Of a stretch of 64,000 nt of DNA, positions 33,107 through 43,299 are shown one piece after another. The stretch lies in NCBI GenBank assembly GCA_014728075.1, contig WJMG01000091.1, forward strand, positions 13,181 through 77,180. The letters run 5' to 3'. The notes under the pieces were generated by a model. That model was not told the origin of the DNA. It saw only the letters and a program-made list of their open reading frames with translations, and did no database searches. The DNA comes from Candidatus Omnitrophota bacterium. Its GTDB lineage: Bacteria; Omnitrophota; Gorgyraeia; Tantalellales; Tantalellaceae. A program made the position numbers and the translations under genes. The stretch's first letter is position 1, and each line of letters opens with the position of its first letter.

Positions 33107-34078
33107 ATGTCAGCAAGGACAAGAAGATATGCGGCGGTATTTTCGTTGCTGTTGTTCGCCTGTGCCGGTCTCACCTGTGTTTCGTCTCATGCGGTTATGG
33201 TCGATAAGGTGATAGTGGAAGTTAACGGCGAGGTTATAACACAGCGAGAATTTGACAGGACTTTCGACCCTATCAAAGCCCAGATAGAGGCTAATTTTCA
33301 GGGTGAAGAACTGCAGAACCGCCTTGAGATGGCAAGAAAGGGGGTGCTGGAGCAGCTTATCAATTCAAAACTGGCGATAAGCGCGGCGAAAAAAGCTGAT
33401 ATAGAGATAGACGAACAGGAGCTGCAGCAAAGGATAGAGAGGATACAGTCCTATTACGGCAGCAGGGAAGAATTCCTGAAGGCCCTTGATCAGAAAGGAA
33501 CCAATCTGTCCGAGTTCGAGAAGGAGATCAGGGAGCAGATGCTCGCCCAGCAGGTCGTCCAGAAAGAGATCTCCGGGAAAATAACCGTGGCGCCGGGAGA
33601 AGTAAGCGAACTGTACGAAAAAAACCGTGAAAAGCTCATCTCTCCGAAAAGCTACAAGGTAAGGACCCTGATGGTCCGGAAATCCGGCGAGGATAACAAG
33701 GCGGAAGACCGCGCTAAAGCCGAGTCCATCCGTAAGGAAATAAAGGAAGGCGCTGATTTTTCCGAAGTGGCGGCCTCCAGGTCCGAAGGGCCCTTTGCTG
33801 ATAAAAAGGGTGATATGGGGTATATCGTGCAGGGACAGTTGGCGCCGCCTCTCGAAGAAGTAGTGCTCGGGCTCAAAGAGAACGAGATCTCACGGGTCGT
33901 CGAGACGCCCATAGGATTCCATATATTCAAAGTGGAAGATATCGAGGAGCCCAGGCAGCTTTCCCTTGAAGAGGTCAACGAGTTCCTGAAGGACCAGCTC
34001 TATAAGAGAAAGTTCCAGGAAGAGCTGGTCGAATGGCTCGAGAAAGAAAGGGAGGAAGCCCATATTTCCTATAAATAG
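33107..34078 (+). CDS. Peptidyl-prolyl cis-trans isomerase, SurA-like (second paralog)
   Basis: A signal peptide, a SurA-like chaperone region and a parvulin domain (KGDMGYIVQGQLAPPLEEVV). Confidence 0.75.
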   Translation: MSARTRRYAAVFSLLLFACAGLTCVSSHAVMVDKVIVEVNGEVITQREFDRTFDPIKAQIEANFQGEELQNRLEMARKGVLEQLINSKLAISAAKKADIEIDEQELQQRIERIQSYYGSREEFLKALDQKGTNLSEFEKEIREQMLAQQVVQKEISGKITVAPGEVSELYEKNREKLISPKSYKVRTLMVRKSGEDNKAEDRAKAESIRKEIKEGADFSEVAASRSEGPFADKKGDMGYIVQGQLAPPLEEVVLGLKENEISRVVETPIGFHIFKVEDIEEPRQLSLEEVNEFLKDQLYKRKFQEELVEWLEKEREEAHISYK

Positions 34079-34097
34079 AAAACTGGTCTTTCTCACC

Positions 34098-35063
34098 ATG
34101 GGGGACCCGGCGGGCATCGGCCCCGGTATTATCCTGAACGCGCTTCGCGACATCCGGACCGGTGATGGCGTCCTCTATGTTGTTATCGGCGACAGGGATG
34201 TTTTCAACGGCCTTGCGGGGCCGGGTGTTCTGCGGGAGGTGTCCCCGGAAGACGCGGCCGCTTTCCGTTTTCCCGGATCCGGGATATCTCTGGTTGACCC
34301 GGGCGGAGCACTGGAAGGGAATGTTTTCGGCAAACCTACGGAAAAGGGCGCGGCAAAATCTCTTAGCTGTATAGACACGGCGGTTGATCTCGTGAAGCGG
34401 ACACCCGAGGGCATTAAGTCCGCTATCGTTACGGCCCCTGTCAGCAAGGAAGCGGTTGCCGCCGTATGCCCCGGATTTGTGGGGCATACGGAGCATCTTC
34501 AGAAAGCTTTCGGCGCTGAAAAGGTGACGATGGTAATGGTAGGCGAGAAACTCAAAGTCGTGCCCGTAACACGCCATATCCCCCTTAAGGATGTTCCCGG
34601 AAGTCTTACACCTGAACTGATCGTGGACACTATACGACAGGTAGTGGCGGACAGGTATATAGTTTCCGGGGCGGAAGACCCGTCTATCGCAGTTTGCGCG
34701 CTTAACCCTCATTGCGGGGAAGGAGGCAGGATCGGCAGGGAGGAATTAGATATTATAGGGCCCGCCGTGGCCGCCGCCGCGCGGGATTATCCGCGCATCA
34801 AGGGGCCGGTTTCCGCCGATGTGGTCTTTTACAAAGCATTGAAAGGCGAAGTGGATATAGTACTCTCGATGTACCACGATCAATGCCTTTCGCCTTTCAA
34901 AATGGTGGACTTCGACAGGGGTGTGAACATGACCCTGGGACTCGGGCATGTAAGGACCTCGCCGGACCATGGCACGGCTTTCGATATTGCCGGAAAGGGG
35001 ATCGCGGACCACGGTTCCATGCTGGCGGCGATAAAACTGGCTTTAAGGGCCGTGGAAAATTAA
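34098..35063 (+). CDS. pdxA: 4-hydroxythreonine-4-phosphate dehydrogenase
   Basis: MGDPAGIGPGIIL...HTEHL...HGTAFDIAGKG are PdxA motifs. The frame is open upstream to 34080, so the true start may be a non-ATG codon a few residues earlier. Confidence 0.85.
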   Translation: MGDPAGIGPGIILNALRDIRTGDGVLYVVIGDRDVFNGLAGPGVLREVSPEDAAAFRFPGSGISLVDPGGALEGNVFGKPTEKGAAKSLSCIDTAVDLVKRTPEGIKSAIVTAPVSKEAVAAVCPGFVGHTEHLQKAFGAEKVTMVMVGEKLKVVPVTRHIPLKDVPGSLTPELIVDTIRQVVADRYIVSGAEDPSIAVCALNPHCGEGGRIGREELDIIGPAVAAAARDYPRIKGPVSADVVFYKALKGEVDIVLSMYHDQCLSPFKMVDFDRGVNMTLGLGHVRTSPDHGTAFDIAGKGIADHGSMLAAIKLALRAVEN

Positions 35064-35068
35064 AGGCT

Positions 35069-35923
35069 ATGGACCTGAGGAACTTAAAGTCTGTATGGAA
35101 AGAGATCGGATTCCGGCCGGACCGTTCTCTCGGGCAGAATTTCCTTATCGACAAGAATGTACGGAAGAAGATACTCGATAACCTGAGGCTTAAAGGGGAT
35201 GAAACGGTTCTGGAGATAGGGCCGGGGTTCGGGATGATGACATTTGAACTTGCGGGTTCGGCCGGGGAGCTTATCGCGGTGGAAAAAGACCGCAGGATTT
35301 GTTCGGTAATGAGGCCGTTCTTTAAGGACGCGGGGAATATCCGGCTTGTGAACGGTGACATAATGAAGACGGACATAGCCGGTCTTATAGGCGGAAGGGC
35401 CTCAAGGGTCGTTGTTTACGGGAATGTGCCTTATTATATTTCCACTCCTATCATCGGGAAAGTTATCGAGGAGGGGAAAGGGGTAGACAGTTTTTTTGTG
35501 GTCATACAGGAAGAGCTTGCGGACAGGCTTACCGCGCCGCCCGGTTCACGGACCTACGGATCGGTCAGTTGTTATGTCCAGTATCACACGAAGCCCAGAA
35601 AGGTCATGCGTGTGAAAAAGAACTGTTTTTACCCCGTCCCGAAAGTCGACTCGGCCCTTCTAGAGATGGAACTGGTGCCGGAAAAGACGGTTAAGCCCGC
35701 AGATCCTCAGCTTATGTTCCTGATAATCCGTAAGGCCTTTTCTCAGAGGAGGAAAAAGCTTGTCAATCCGCTCTCCGGAGGCGGGATCCGCGGTATTGAC
35801 AAGAAAGGATGGATACAGATCCTGCAAGGCGCAGGTCTGGACCCTTCCAGCAGGGCCGAGGATCTTTCCCTTTCGGATTACGCGGCTATAAGCGATATTG
35901 TTCACGAAGGGGCCGTTCGGTGA
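35069..35923 (+). CDS. rsmA: 16S rRNA (adenine1518/1519-N6)-dimethyltransferase
   Basis: MDLRNLKSVWKEIGFRPDRSLGQNFLID...LEIGPGFG is the KsgA signature. It starts 6 nt after the pdxA stop. The track ORF 34712-35923 is an out-of-frame-overlap extension of this gene. Confidence 0.9.
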   Translation: MDLRNLKSVWKEIGFRPDRSLGQNFLIDKNVRKKILDNLRLKGDETVLEIGPGFGMMTFELAGSAGELIAVEKDRRICSVMRPFFKDAGNIRLVNGDIMKTDIAGLIGGRASRVVVYGNVPYYISTPIIGKVIEEGKGVDSFFVVIQEELADRLTAPPGSRTYGSVSCYVQYHTKPRKVMRVKKNCFYPVPKVDSALLEMELVPEKTVKPADPQLMFLIIRKAFSQRRKKLVNPLSGGGIRGIDKKGWIQILQGAGLDPSSRAEDLSLSDYAAISDIVHEGAVR

Positions 35924-35989
35924 CGAGGGTCGTCTCTCTGGCGGTCATTCTTTACTTATTTATACCGATGTGCTATTGTATCTTCTATT

Positions 35990-36307
35990 ATGCGCAAAGA
36001 TAAGAATAAATATTCTATATCCATAGAAGATGTATCGTACGCGGCGAGGCTTTCCCGTATTGAACTCGAATCCGATAAAATGGGAAAATTCCGGGAGCAG
36101 CTCAACGATATTCTTGTGTATATAGACCAGCTTAACGAGGTCGATACCGAAGGGGTCGCCCCCACCAGCCATGTTCTTACTTCCATGAGGAATGTTTTCA
36201 GAGAGGATGAGCCGGGCACTTCACTTCCGAACGAAAAAGCCCTGGCGAACGCTCCCGCAAAAAGCGGTAATTTTTTTAAAGTTCCGAAAATAATCAAAGA
36301 ATCCTGA
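35990..36307 (+). CDS. gatC: Asp/Glu-tRNA amidotransferase subunit C
   Basis: 105 aa with SIEDVSYAARLSRIELESDKM...LNEVDTEGVAPTSHV. It is immediately followed by gatA. Confidence 0.85.
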   Translation: MRKDKNKYSISIEDVSYAARLSRIELESDKMGKFREQLNDILVYIDQLNEVDTEGVAPTSHVLTSMRNVFREDEPGTSLPNEKALANAPAKSGNFFKVPKIIKES

Positions 36308-37768
36308 ATGAAAGATATATTCAAAAGCATAGAAGCTTACAGGCTCTGGGAGAAGGAGGAGCCGAGGTCCCCGGAGGATAAGGCTTCTTTTATCGCTGAC
36401 AGGATAGATGTATCCGACCGCGATCTGAACGCTTTTATAACCCTGGACAGAGAAGCTTTTTCCCGCAAGGCCAAGGCGGCTTTTTCGCCGGAAAGGCGTA
36501 AAAGCCCCCTTGGCGGAGTTCCCGTCGCGGTTAAGAGCAATATATGCGTGGAGGGAGAGCTTACTACCTGCGCTTCCCGTATGCTCGAGGGTTTCCGCCC
36601 GCCTTATAACGCTACGGTCATCGAAAAACTGGATCACGAGGGAGCGTTCGTGATCAGCGGTGCTAATATGGACGAATTCGCTTTCGGTTCGTCATGCGAA
36701 ACTTCCGCTTACGGCCCTTCCCGGAACCCATGGGACGAGGACCGCATACCCGGAGGCTCCAGCGGAGGTTCGGCGGTGGCCGTTTCCTCGGGCCAGGTGG
36801 TATGTGCTCTAGGTTCCGATACGGGAGGGTCTATAAGACAGCCGGCCTCCCTTTGCGGAGTAGTAGGTTTTAAGCCTACTTACGGCAGGGTTTCCAGGTA
36901 CGGGCTTATAGCCTTCGCTTCAAGCCTGGACCAGATCGGACCTTTGGCCAGGAATGTGACCGATTGCGCCACCTTGCTGAAGGCTATATCCGGATATGAC
37001 GAAAAAGACTCGACTTCGGTGAATATAGAAGTGCCGGATTATTGCGCAAGCCTGGGGATGGACATAAAAGGGATGAAGGTCGGCATGCCGTCCGAATATT
37101 TCCAGGAGGGGATAGACGGGGATGTTCAGGAAAGGCTGCGGGAGGCCGTAAAGGCGCTGGAAGAGCTGGGAGCGGAGATCCTCGAAGTGTCACTGCCCCA
37201 TACGCGGTACGCGGTAAGCTGTTATTACATAATAGGTCCCGCGGAAGCCAGTTCAAACCTGGGCAGGTATGACGGTGTCCATTATGGGTACAGGGACGAA
37301 GAGGCCCGGGACATGATAGACATGTATGTCCGTTCCAGGACAGAAGGGTTCGGTGACGAGGCTAAAAGGCGTATTATTCTCGGAACATATGCCCTGAGCA
37401 GCGGTTATTACGAAGCGTATTATCTCAAAGCCCTCAAGGTGAGGACCTGTATAGCCGAAGATTTCAGGAAGGCGTTCGAGGTCTGTGACGCTATAGTAAC
37501 ACCTACCTCTCCCACCACGGCTTTCCGTATAGGGGAAAAGAGCAATGATCCTCTTAAAATGTATCTTTCGGACATTTTTACCATACCCGCCAATCTCGCG
37601 GGAATACCGGCCGTGTCAATTCCATGCGGATTGGGCGATAACGGGATGCCTGTGGGCATGCAGCTCATGGCCGCACCTTTTGCCGAAGAGAAATTGATAC
37701 GCATAGCTCACGCTTTTGAACGGAATACAGGCTTTCACGAATTAAAGCCCGGAACGATTGAGGATTGA
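36308..37768 (+). CDS. gatA: Asp/Glu-tRNA amidotransferase subunit A
   Basis: The amidase signature GGSSGGSAVAVSSG is present. Confidence 0.95.
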   Translation: MKDIFKSIEAYRLWEKEEPRSPEDKASFIADRIDVSDRDLNAFITLDREAFSRKAKAAFSPERRKSPLGGVPVAVKSNICVEGELTTCASRMLEGFRPPYNATVIEKLDHEGAFVISGANMDEFAFGSSCETSAYGPSRNPWDEDRIPGGSSGGSAVAVSSGQVVCALGSDTGGSIRQPASLCGVVGFKPTYGRVSRYGLIAFASSLDQIGPLARNVTDCATLLKAISGYDEKDSTSVNIEVPDYCASLGMDIKGMKVGMPSEYFQEGIDGDVQERLREAVKALEELGAEILEVSLPHTRYAVSCYYIIGPAEASSNLGRYDGVHYGYRDEEARDMIDMYVRSRTEGFGDEAKRRIILGTYALSSGYYEAYYLKALKVRTCIAEDFRKAFEVCDAIVTPTSPTTAFRIGEKSNDPLKMYLSDIFTIPANLAGIPAVSIPCGLGDNGMPVGMQLMAAPFAEEKLIRIAHAFERNTGFHELKPGTIED

Positions 37769-37816
37769 ACGCCTTTCGCGGGCGCGATCAACCTGCAGGA
37801 GAAATCGATTTTTGCC

Positions 37817-39253
37817 ATGGGAAGTAAATACGAAACAGTTATAGGGCTCGAAGTACATGTCCAGCTTGCTACCAGGACGAAGATATTCTGCGGTTGTAGC
37901 ACGAAGTTCGGTGCTGACCCCAACACACAGGTCTGCCCGGTCTGCCTGGGGCTCCCGGGATCCCTTCCCGTTCTAAACAAGAGAGCTTTTGAATACGCGA
38001 TCAAGGTTGCTCTCGCCCTGGAATGCGACATACAGGGTACGGTCAAGTTCGACAGGAAAAATTACTATTATCCCGATCTTCCGAAAAACTATCAGATAAG
38101 CCAGTTCGATATGCCTATAGCTTACAACGGCCGGGTAGTGTTGACTTCCGGCGACGGGGAAAGGGCTATCGGCATAACACGCGCTCACATGGAAGAGGAC
38201 GCGGGGAAGCTCCTGCACGACCAGGACCCCGCAAGCAGCTTTATAGACCTTAACAGGACCGGGACACCCTTGCTGGAGATAGTCTCCGAACCCGATATGC
38301 GCTCTCCCTCAGAAGCTTATGAATACCTTAAGATACTCAAACAGACCATAAAATACCTTGATGTTTCAGACTGCAATATGGAAGAAGGCAGCCTGAGGTG
38401 TGACGCCAATATTTCTCTCAGAACGAAAGGAAGCAAAGCATTAGGGAGCAAGGTCGAGATAAAGAACCTTAATTCTTTCAAGGCGGTGAGGGATGCCCTG
38501 CTTTACGAACAGGAACGGCAGGAAGACCTTCTGGAGGAAGGCGGTGCGGTGAAACAGGAAACGAGGCTCTGGGACGAGAATAATGCCGTTACGCTTTCGA
38601 TGAGGTCCAAGGAGGAGGCCCAGGATTACCGGTACTTCCCGGAACCCGATCTTGTGCCTTTCGAGGTCGGCAGGGAGGTCGTTGAACGGATCCGCTCGGA
38701 GCTGCCGGAACTACCTTCGGCCAAGAAGTCCAGGTTCATCGAATGCTACGGGCTGGATGCCGGGGACGCGGAACTCCTTGTATCCGAAAGGCCTGTCGCG
38801 TGTTTTTTTGAGGCTGTCCTGGAAGAGTGTGACGATGTCAGGTCCGTGCTCAACTGGATAAAGGGAGAGGTGTTGAAGCACTTAAAGGAACACCAGGCAG
38901 GTCTTGACGCGCTTAAGCTGACCCCGTCCGGTCTGGCCTCGATAATAACAATGACAGCCTCGGGCAAGATCAGCGGACTTGCGGCCAAAGAGGTCCTGAA
39001 GGACCACCTGGTCTCGGGCAGACTTCCTTCGGAAATAGTTAAGGAAAAAGGCCTGGAGCAGGTATCCGACACCGCTGAGCTGGACGCTGTAGCCGCCCGG
39101 GTGATAGAGGACAACCCGAAATCCGCCGGTGATTACAGAAGCGGGAAGAAGAACGCTCTGAGCTTTCTTATAGGACAGGTAATGCGTGAAACGAAAGGCA
39201 AAGCCAACCCTAAACTTGCCGGAGAGATACTCAGTAAAAAACTTTCAGAATGA
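37817..39253 (+). CDS. gatB: Asp/Glu-tRNA amidotransferase subunit B
   Basis: ETVIGLEVHVQL...KIFCGC is the GatB N-terminus. A GatB/YqeY C-terminal domain is also present. Confidence 0.95.
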   Translation: MGSKYETVIGLEVHVQLATRTKIFCGCSTKFGADPNTQVCPVCLGLPGSLPVLNKRAFEYAIKVALALECDIQGTVKFDRKNYYYPDLPKNYQISQFDMPIAYNGRVVLTSGDGERAIGITRAHMEEDAGKLLHDQDPASSFIDLNRTGTPLLEIVSEPDMRSPSEAYEYLKILKQTIKYLDVSDCNMEEGSLRCDANISLRTKGSKALGSKVEIKNLNSFKAVRDALLYEQERQEDLLEEGGAVKQETRLWDENNAVTLSMRSKEEAQDYRYFPEPDLVPFEVGREVVERIRSELPELPSAKKSRFIECYGLDAGDAELLVSERPVACFFEAVLEECDDVRSVLNWIKGEVLKHLKEHQAGLDALKLTPSGLASIITMTASGKISGLAAKEVLKDHLVSGRLPSEIVKEKGLEQVSDTAELDAVAARVIEDNPKSAGDYRSGKKNALSFLIGQVMRETKGKANPKLAGEILSKKLSE

Positions 39254-39266
39254 CGAGGACGGGCTT

Positions 39267-40691
39267 ATGAAAAATATCAGGAAAAAGTTTCTTATATTGC
39301 TTGTTTTAACAGGCGTGGTCTATTGCATGGTCACGGGGGTCCGGGCTGAGAACGGAAGTCTGGTGGACGGGAAGAAGGATCTTTTCTCATCTATACAGCT
39401 TTTCGCCGACGCTCTCAGCCTTATCAGTACGGATTATGTCGAGTCGGTAGAGGCCAGGGACCTGGTCTACGGCGCCATTGAGGGGATGATGGGAAAACTC
39501 GACGATTACAGCCAGTTCCTTGATCAGGAGAGTTTCCGGGAGATCACCGAAGAGACTAAAGGGGAGTTCGGAGGCATAGGTATCGAGGTAGGGATGAGAG
39601 AAGGTATACTGACGGTCATATCCCCGATAAAGAACACACCGGCCGCGAAAGTGGGGCTGGAAAAGAACGATAAAATAATAAAAATAGACGGTGAACTTAC
39701 CCGTGGCCTGACGCTCAGCGACGCTGTAAACCTTCTTAAGGGTGACCCCGGTACCCGCGTTACGCTGTCCGTTTACAGGAAAGGCGAAAAAGACCTGAAG
39801 GATTTTCGTATAACCAGAGCCGTTATCAAGCTGGAAAGCATAAAGGATGTGAGCGTGATCGCCGACGGTATAAGTTACATCAACCTGGTCGAGTTCCAGG
39901 AGAGAACGGCGAAGGACCTCAGGGAAACCCTTAACGGGCTTTCCGAAAAGGATGTACAGGGGGTCATACTGGACCTGAGAGATAACCCCGGCGGGCTTCT
40001 GAACGCGTCCATAGATGTCGCGGACCTGTTCCTTCCCCAGGGCGCTCTAATAGTATATACCGAAGGCAGGGATCCGGGGAAGAGGGCGGAGTTCAGGTCC
40101 AAGAAGATCTCCGATTTTGACGGAATGGACCTTGCTTTACTCGTTAACAAAAGGTCGGCAAGCGCTTCCGAGATCCTGGCGGGTGCTGTTAAAGACAACG
40201 GCAGAGGCCTGGTAATAGGAGAAACCACATACGGCAAGGGTTCTGTACAGACAGTTATACCGCTCAAGGACAAGTCAGCGTTGAGGCTTACTACGGCCTC
40301 TTATTTCACCCCTTCCGGGAAAAGCCTAAGGAACACCGGCATAGATCCCGACATTTATGTTAAGAGGGTCCGGCGTCCGGAAAGGGAAAAAGGCCGCAAA
40401 AAAGAGGACCTTTTCCAGAAACTGGCCGCTGAGGGTAAGATCGAGCTTCCCGACGACGAAGATGCCGGGGACGAAGAGGAAAAAGACGGCAAAAGCGACC
40501 GGTCCGGGCTAAAGCACGAAAATGTGACCGTTGAGGTCAAAGATATGCCGCTTTTGGAGGACAACCAGATAAAGGCGGCTTTTGATATATTGAAAGGCAT
40601 AAAACTTTCCCGCAAGGCTTCTGTCCGTCTTCCGGAGGAAAAGACCGGGGAAAGCGGCGGAGCAGAAGACGGGCCGCTTCAGGGAAGATAA
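39267..40691 (+). CDS. S41 family C-terminal processing peptidase (Ctp/Prc-like)
   Basis: A signal/TM segment, a PDZ domain and the S41 catalytic region (LRDNPGGLLNASIDVADLFL...SASASEI). ATG 39267 follows the gatB stop. Confidence 0.85.
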   Translation: MKNIRKKFLILLVLTGVVYCMVTGVRAENGSLVDGKKDLFSSIQLFADALSLISTDYVESVEARDLVYGAIEGMMGKLDDYSQFLDQESFREITEETKGEFGGIGIEVGMREGILTVISPIKNTPAAKVGLEKNDKIIKIDGELTRGLTLSDAVNLLKGDPGTRVTLSVYRKGEKDLKDFRITRAVIKLESIKDVSVIADGISYINLVEFQERTAKDLRETLNGLSEKDVQGVILDLRDNPGGLLNASIDVADLFLPQGALIVYTEGRDPGKRAEFRSKKISDFDGMDLALLVNKRSASASEILAGAVKDNGRGLVIGETTYGKGSVQTVIPLKDKSALRLTTASYFTPSGKSLRNTGIDPDIYVKRVRRPEREKGRKKEDLFQKLAAEGKIELPDDEDAGDEEEKDGKSDRSGLKHENVTVEVKDMPLLEDNQIKAAFDILKGIKLSRKASVRLPEEKTGESGGAEDGPLQGR

Positions 40692-40706
40692 CCCCATGGG
40701 GAGCGT

Positions 40707-41585
40707 ATGTTCTCATCCAGGGTCGTGACCGCGATCGCGGGTATTTTTCTTTTGATCCTTTCCGGGTTTCTGGTCTTTAATCATTTTTCGACACGGTCAC
40801 CGGATGAAGGCACAGAACGGTCCGTTCGGTCCGAAAAGAGCTTTGACGAAGAGACCCGGGGTGAACTTGTGATCGTGCTCGACGATTGCGGATACTCAAC
40901 AAGGAACCTCCGGGCTTTGCTTGACCTGGAAGTCCCGGTTACTCTGGCTGTGCTGCCCGATACGCCGTATGCCTCCCATGTCGCCCGTTCGGCTTCTGGC
41001 CGGGGTAAAGAGGTCATAGTACATATGCCCATGGAACCTTTAGACGGGTCCGCGGCCCTGGAAAAAAGTACCGTTAAGTTAGGCATGCGCCCGGAAGAGA
41101 TAAGAAAGATGTTTTCCGACGCTGTAGCGGCTGTTCCCGGAGCGGCCGGGGTTAATAACCATATGGGGTCTAAACTTACCGCCGATCCTTATTCCATGGA
41201 GATACTTTTCGAGGAAATAGGGAAAAGAGATCTTTTTTTTCTGGACAGCCTTACTACCGCCGGATCCGTTTGTTCCGAGATAGGAAACGCTAAGGGCGTG
41301 ACGGTACTGAAAAGGGATATATTCATTGACAATGTGAATGATGAAGACCATATCAAGGGACAGATGGAAAAGATAAGGTCTATTCTTGATGAAGGCGGGA
41401 CCGTACTGGCTATAGGGCATGACAGGCCCGTTACCGTAAGGGTTATTTCCGAATATGTGGACGAGTTCAAGAGTATGGGGGTAAAGTTCACTACGCTCTC
41501 GGCACTTGCCGGAAAAAGGACCGGGCCTTTCGAAGGTTCCGGAAATACAGTGGAGGCTATGTCCCCACCGCGCGAAAGGGACTGA
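40707..41585 (+). CDS. Divergent polysaccharide deacetylase family protein (YibQ-like)
   Basis: An N-terminal TM segment and the motifs VIVLDDCGYS...VNNHMGS...AIGHDRP of the divergent polysaccharide deacetylase (PF04748-like) family. Confidence 0.7.
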   Translation: MFSSRVVTAIAGIFLLILSGFLVFNHFSTRSPDEGTERSVRSEKSFDEETRGELVIVLDDCGYSTRNLRALLDLEVPVTLAVLPDTPYASHVARSASGRGKEVIVHMPMEPLDGSAALEKSTVKLGMRPEEIRKMFSDAVAAVPGAAGVNNHMGSKLTADPYSMEILFEEIGKRDLFFLDSLTTAGSVCSEIGNAKGVTVLKRDIFIDNVNDEDHIKGQMEKIRSILDEGGTVLAIGHDRPVTVRVISEYVDEFKSMGVKFTTLSALAGKRTGPFEGSGNTVEAMSPPRERD

Positions 41586-41590
41586 TTCTT

Positions 41591-42604
41591 ATGATAACCG
41601 TAGGTATAGAGACTTCCTGTGACGAGACGGCGGCGGCTGTCGTCTCCGACGGGAAAGTGCTCTCCAGCGAGGTTTCCTCCAGCGTAGATCTCCATTCTTC
41701 CTACGGAGGGGTCGTTCCCGAGATAGCTTCACGCTTTCACTCGGAATATATACTGCAGGTTTTCAGAAAAGCCCTGGATAAAGCGGATATTGGTGCCGGG
41801 GATATAGACCTCGTTTCTGTTACGCAGGGGCCGGGTCTTCCCGGTTCTCTTCTTGTGGGCATATCCTTCGCCAAGGCGCTGAGTTACTCTTCCGGCGCCG
41901 AAATACTGGGGATCGATCATGTGCACGCGCATTTGTTCTCGGGTTTTACGGATGGGATGCCCCCGGAAGACGAACCTTTTACCGGTATGGTAGTTTCGGG
42001 GGGGCATACCAGTCTTTTTTTGTGCCGATCGGTCGAAGATATCCGGGAAACAGGAAGGACCAGGGACGATGCCGTGGGTGAAGCTTACGATAAAGTAGCC
42101 AAGATACTCGGCCTCGGATACCCCGGAGGACCGGTCGTTGAGAGGATGGCCGGGAAAAGTGACGGAAAAGACAGGATAGGGTTTCCCAGGCCCCTTTTGG
42201 GCCGGGACAGCGGACTGGATTTCAGCTTCAGCGGCATCAAAACGGCTGTTCTTTATTACTGGAGAGATTGCCCCCGGAGCGAGAAGGACCTGATCGATAT
42301 CTGCTTTTCTTTTCAAGAGGCGGTATTGGATGTTATAATAGAAAAACTGAAAAGGGCCGTCAGATCTTCGGGCACAGGGAACATCGTTATAGGCGGGGGA
42401 GTGGTGAACAACGGTCCGCTGAGGAGAAAGCTCAGGGCTTTTTGCGAGGCTGAAGGAATAAACCTTTTTATGCCCGATAAGCAATATTGTACCGATAACG
42501 CGGCGATGGTAGCCCTTCTCGGAGAAAGGCTTTACAGGAAAGGCGAAAGGAGCGACCTTGCGATAAACGCCGAACCTTCCGGGTTGACCGGAGGAAGGAG
42601 ATGA
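41591..42604 (+). CDS. tsaD: tRNA N6-adenosine threonylcarbamoyltransferase
   Basis: MITVGIETSCDETAAAVV...GGVVPE...GLGYPGG are Kae1/TsaD motifs. Confidence 0.9.
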   Translation: MITVGIETSCDETAAAVVSDGKVLSSEVSSSVDLHSSYGGVVPEIASRFHSEYILQVFRKALDKADIGAGDIDLVSVTQGPGLPGSLLVGISFAKALSYSSGAEILGIDHVHAHLFSGFTDGMPPEDEPFTGMVVSGGHTSLFLCRSVEDIRETGRTRDDAVGEAYDKVAKILGLGYPGGPVVERMAGKSDGKDRIGFPRPLLGRDSGLDFSFSGIKTAVLYYWRDCPRSEKDLIDICFSFQEAVLDVIIEKLKRAVRSSGTGNIVIGGGVVNNGPLRRKLRAFCEAEGINLFMPDKQYCTDNAAMVALLGERLYRKGERSDLAINAEPSGLTGGRR

Positions 42605-42605
42605 T

Positions 42606-43259
42606 ATGGAGACCGGCGTAATGGTCATTCGGATACTGCTGGCTACGGTGCTCGGTGCAATAGTCGGCTTTGAAAGAGAGGTCAACGGCTGCGCGGCCGG
42701 ACTCCGGACCCATATACTGGTCTGTCTCGGTTCGGCGGTTTTTATGGTGGCTTCCGTGGTGGTGGCGCCCATGTACGGACATCTGGGAGCGGTCGATCCT
42801 TCACGAATAGCCGCAAACATCGTTACGGGTGTAGGTTTTCTGGGCGCCGGAGCTATAATCCGCTACGGCGCATCTATCAGAGGATTGACGACCGCGGCAA
42901 GCATCTGGGCCGTAGCCGCCGTAGGACTCGTGGCGGGCGCCGGCATGTATATAGCCGCTGTTCTCAGTACGGTCCTGATAGTATGTACACTTTTTCTTTC
43001 CAAGCTGGAGGAGAGAATGGAGCTCAAGCGGGGCGGCAAGAAACTCATTATCCGGCTTTCCTCCGAAGAGGCTGTAGACGCTCAGGATGTACATAAAATA
43101 ATATCAGCTTACGGAGGCAGCGTCCGGAAAGTCGAAAAAGACAGGAACCAGGATGAATACCTTCTTATAGTCGATCTTATGCTTTCAAGGCTTTATCGCA
43201 AGGATGTAGTTTCCGAGCTTCTGAACCTCTCCGGTGTTCACGAAGTGGAATGGAAATGA
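42606..43259 (+). CDS. MgtC/SapB family membrane protein
   Basis: ILLATVLGAIVGFEREVNGCAAGLRTHILVCLGSAVFMV is the MgtC signature. A C-terminal ACT-like soluble domain is present. Confidence 0.8.
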   Translation: METGVMVIRILLATVLGAIVGFEREVNGCAAGLRTHILVCLGSAVFMVASVVVAPMYGHLGAVDPSRIAANIVTGVGFLGAGAIIRYGASIRGLTTAASIWAVAAVGLVAGAGMYIAAVLSTVLIVCTLFLSKLEERMELKRGGKKLIIRLSSEEAVDAQDVHKIISAYGGSVRKVEKDRNQDEYLLIVDLMLSRLYRKDVVSELLNLSGVHEVEWK

Positions 43260-43299
43260 GCGGATTTTTGTCGTTTACCGAAATAAAAAGGAGGTCGTG

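Noticed and set aside
34712-35923. The 403-aa ORF in the six-frame track looks like a large protein starting inside pdxA.
   Set aside because: Its first about 120 codons are an out-of-frame overlap of pdxA with an Arg/Gly-rich low-complexity translation. The real gene is rsmA, starting at ATG 35069 (MDLRNLKSVW...) 6 nt after the pdxA stop.
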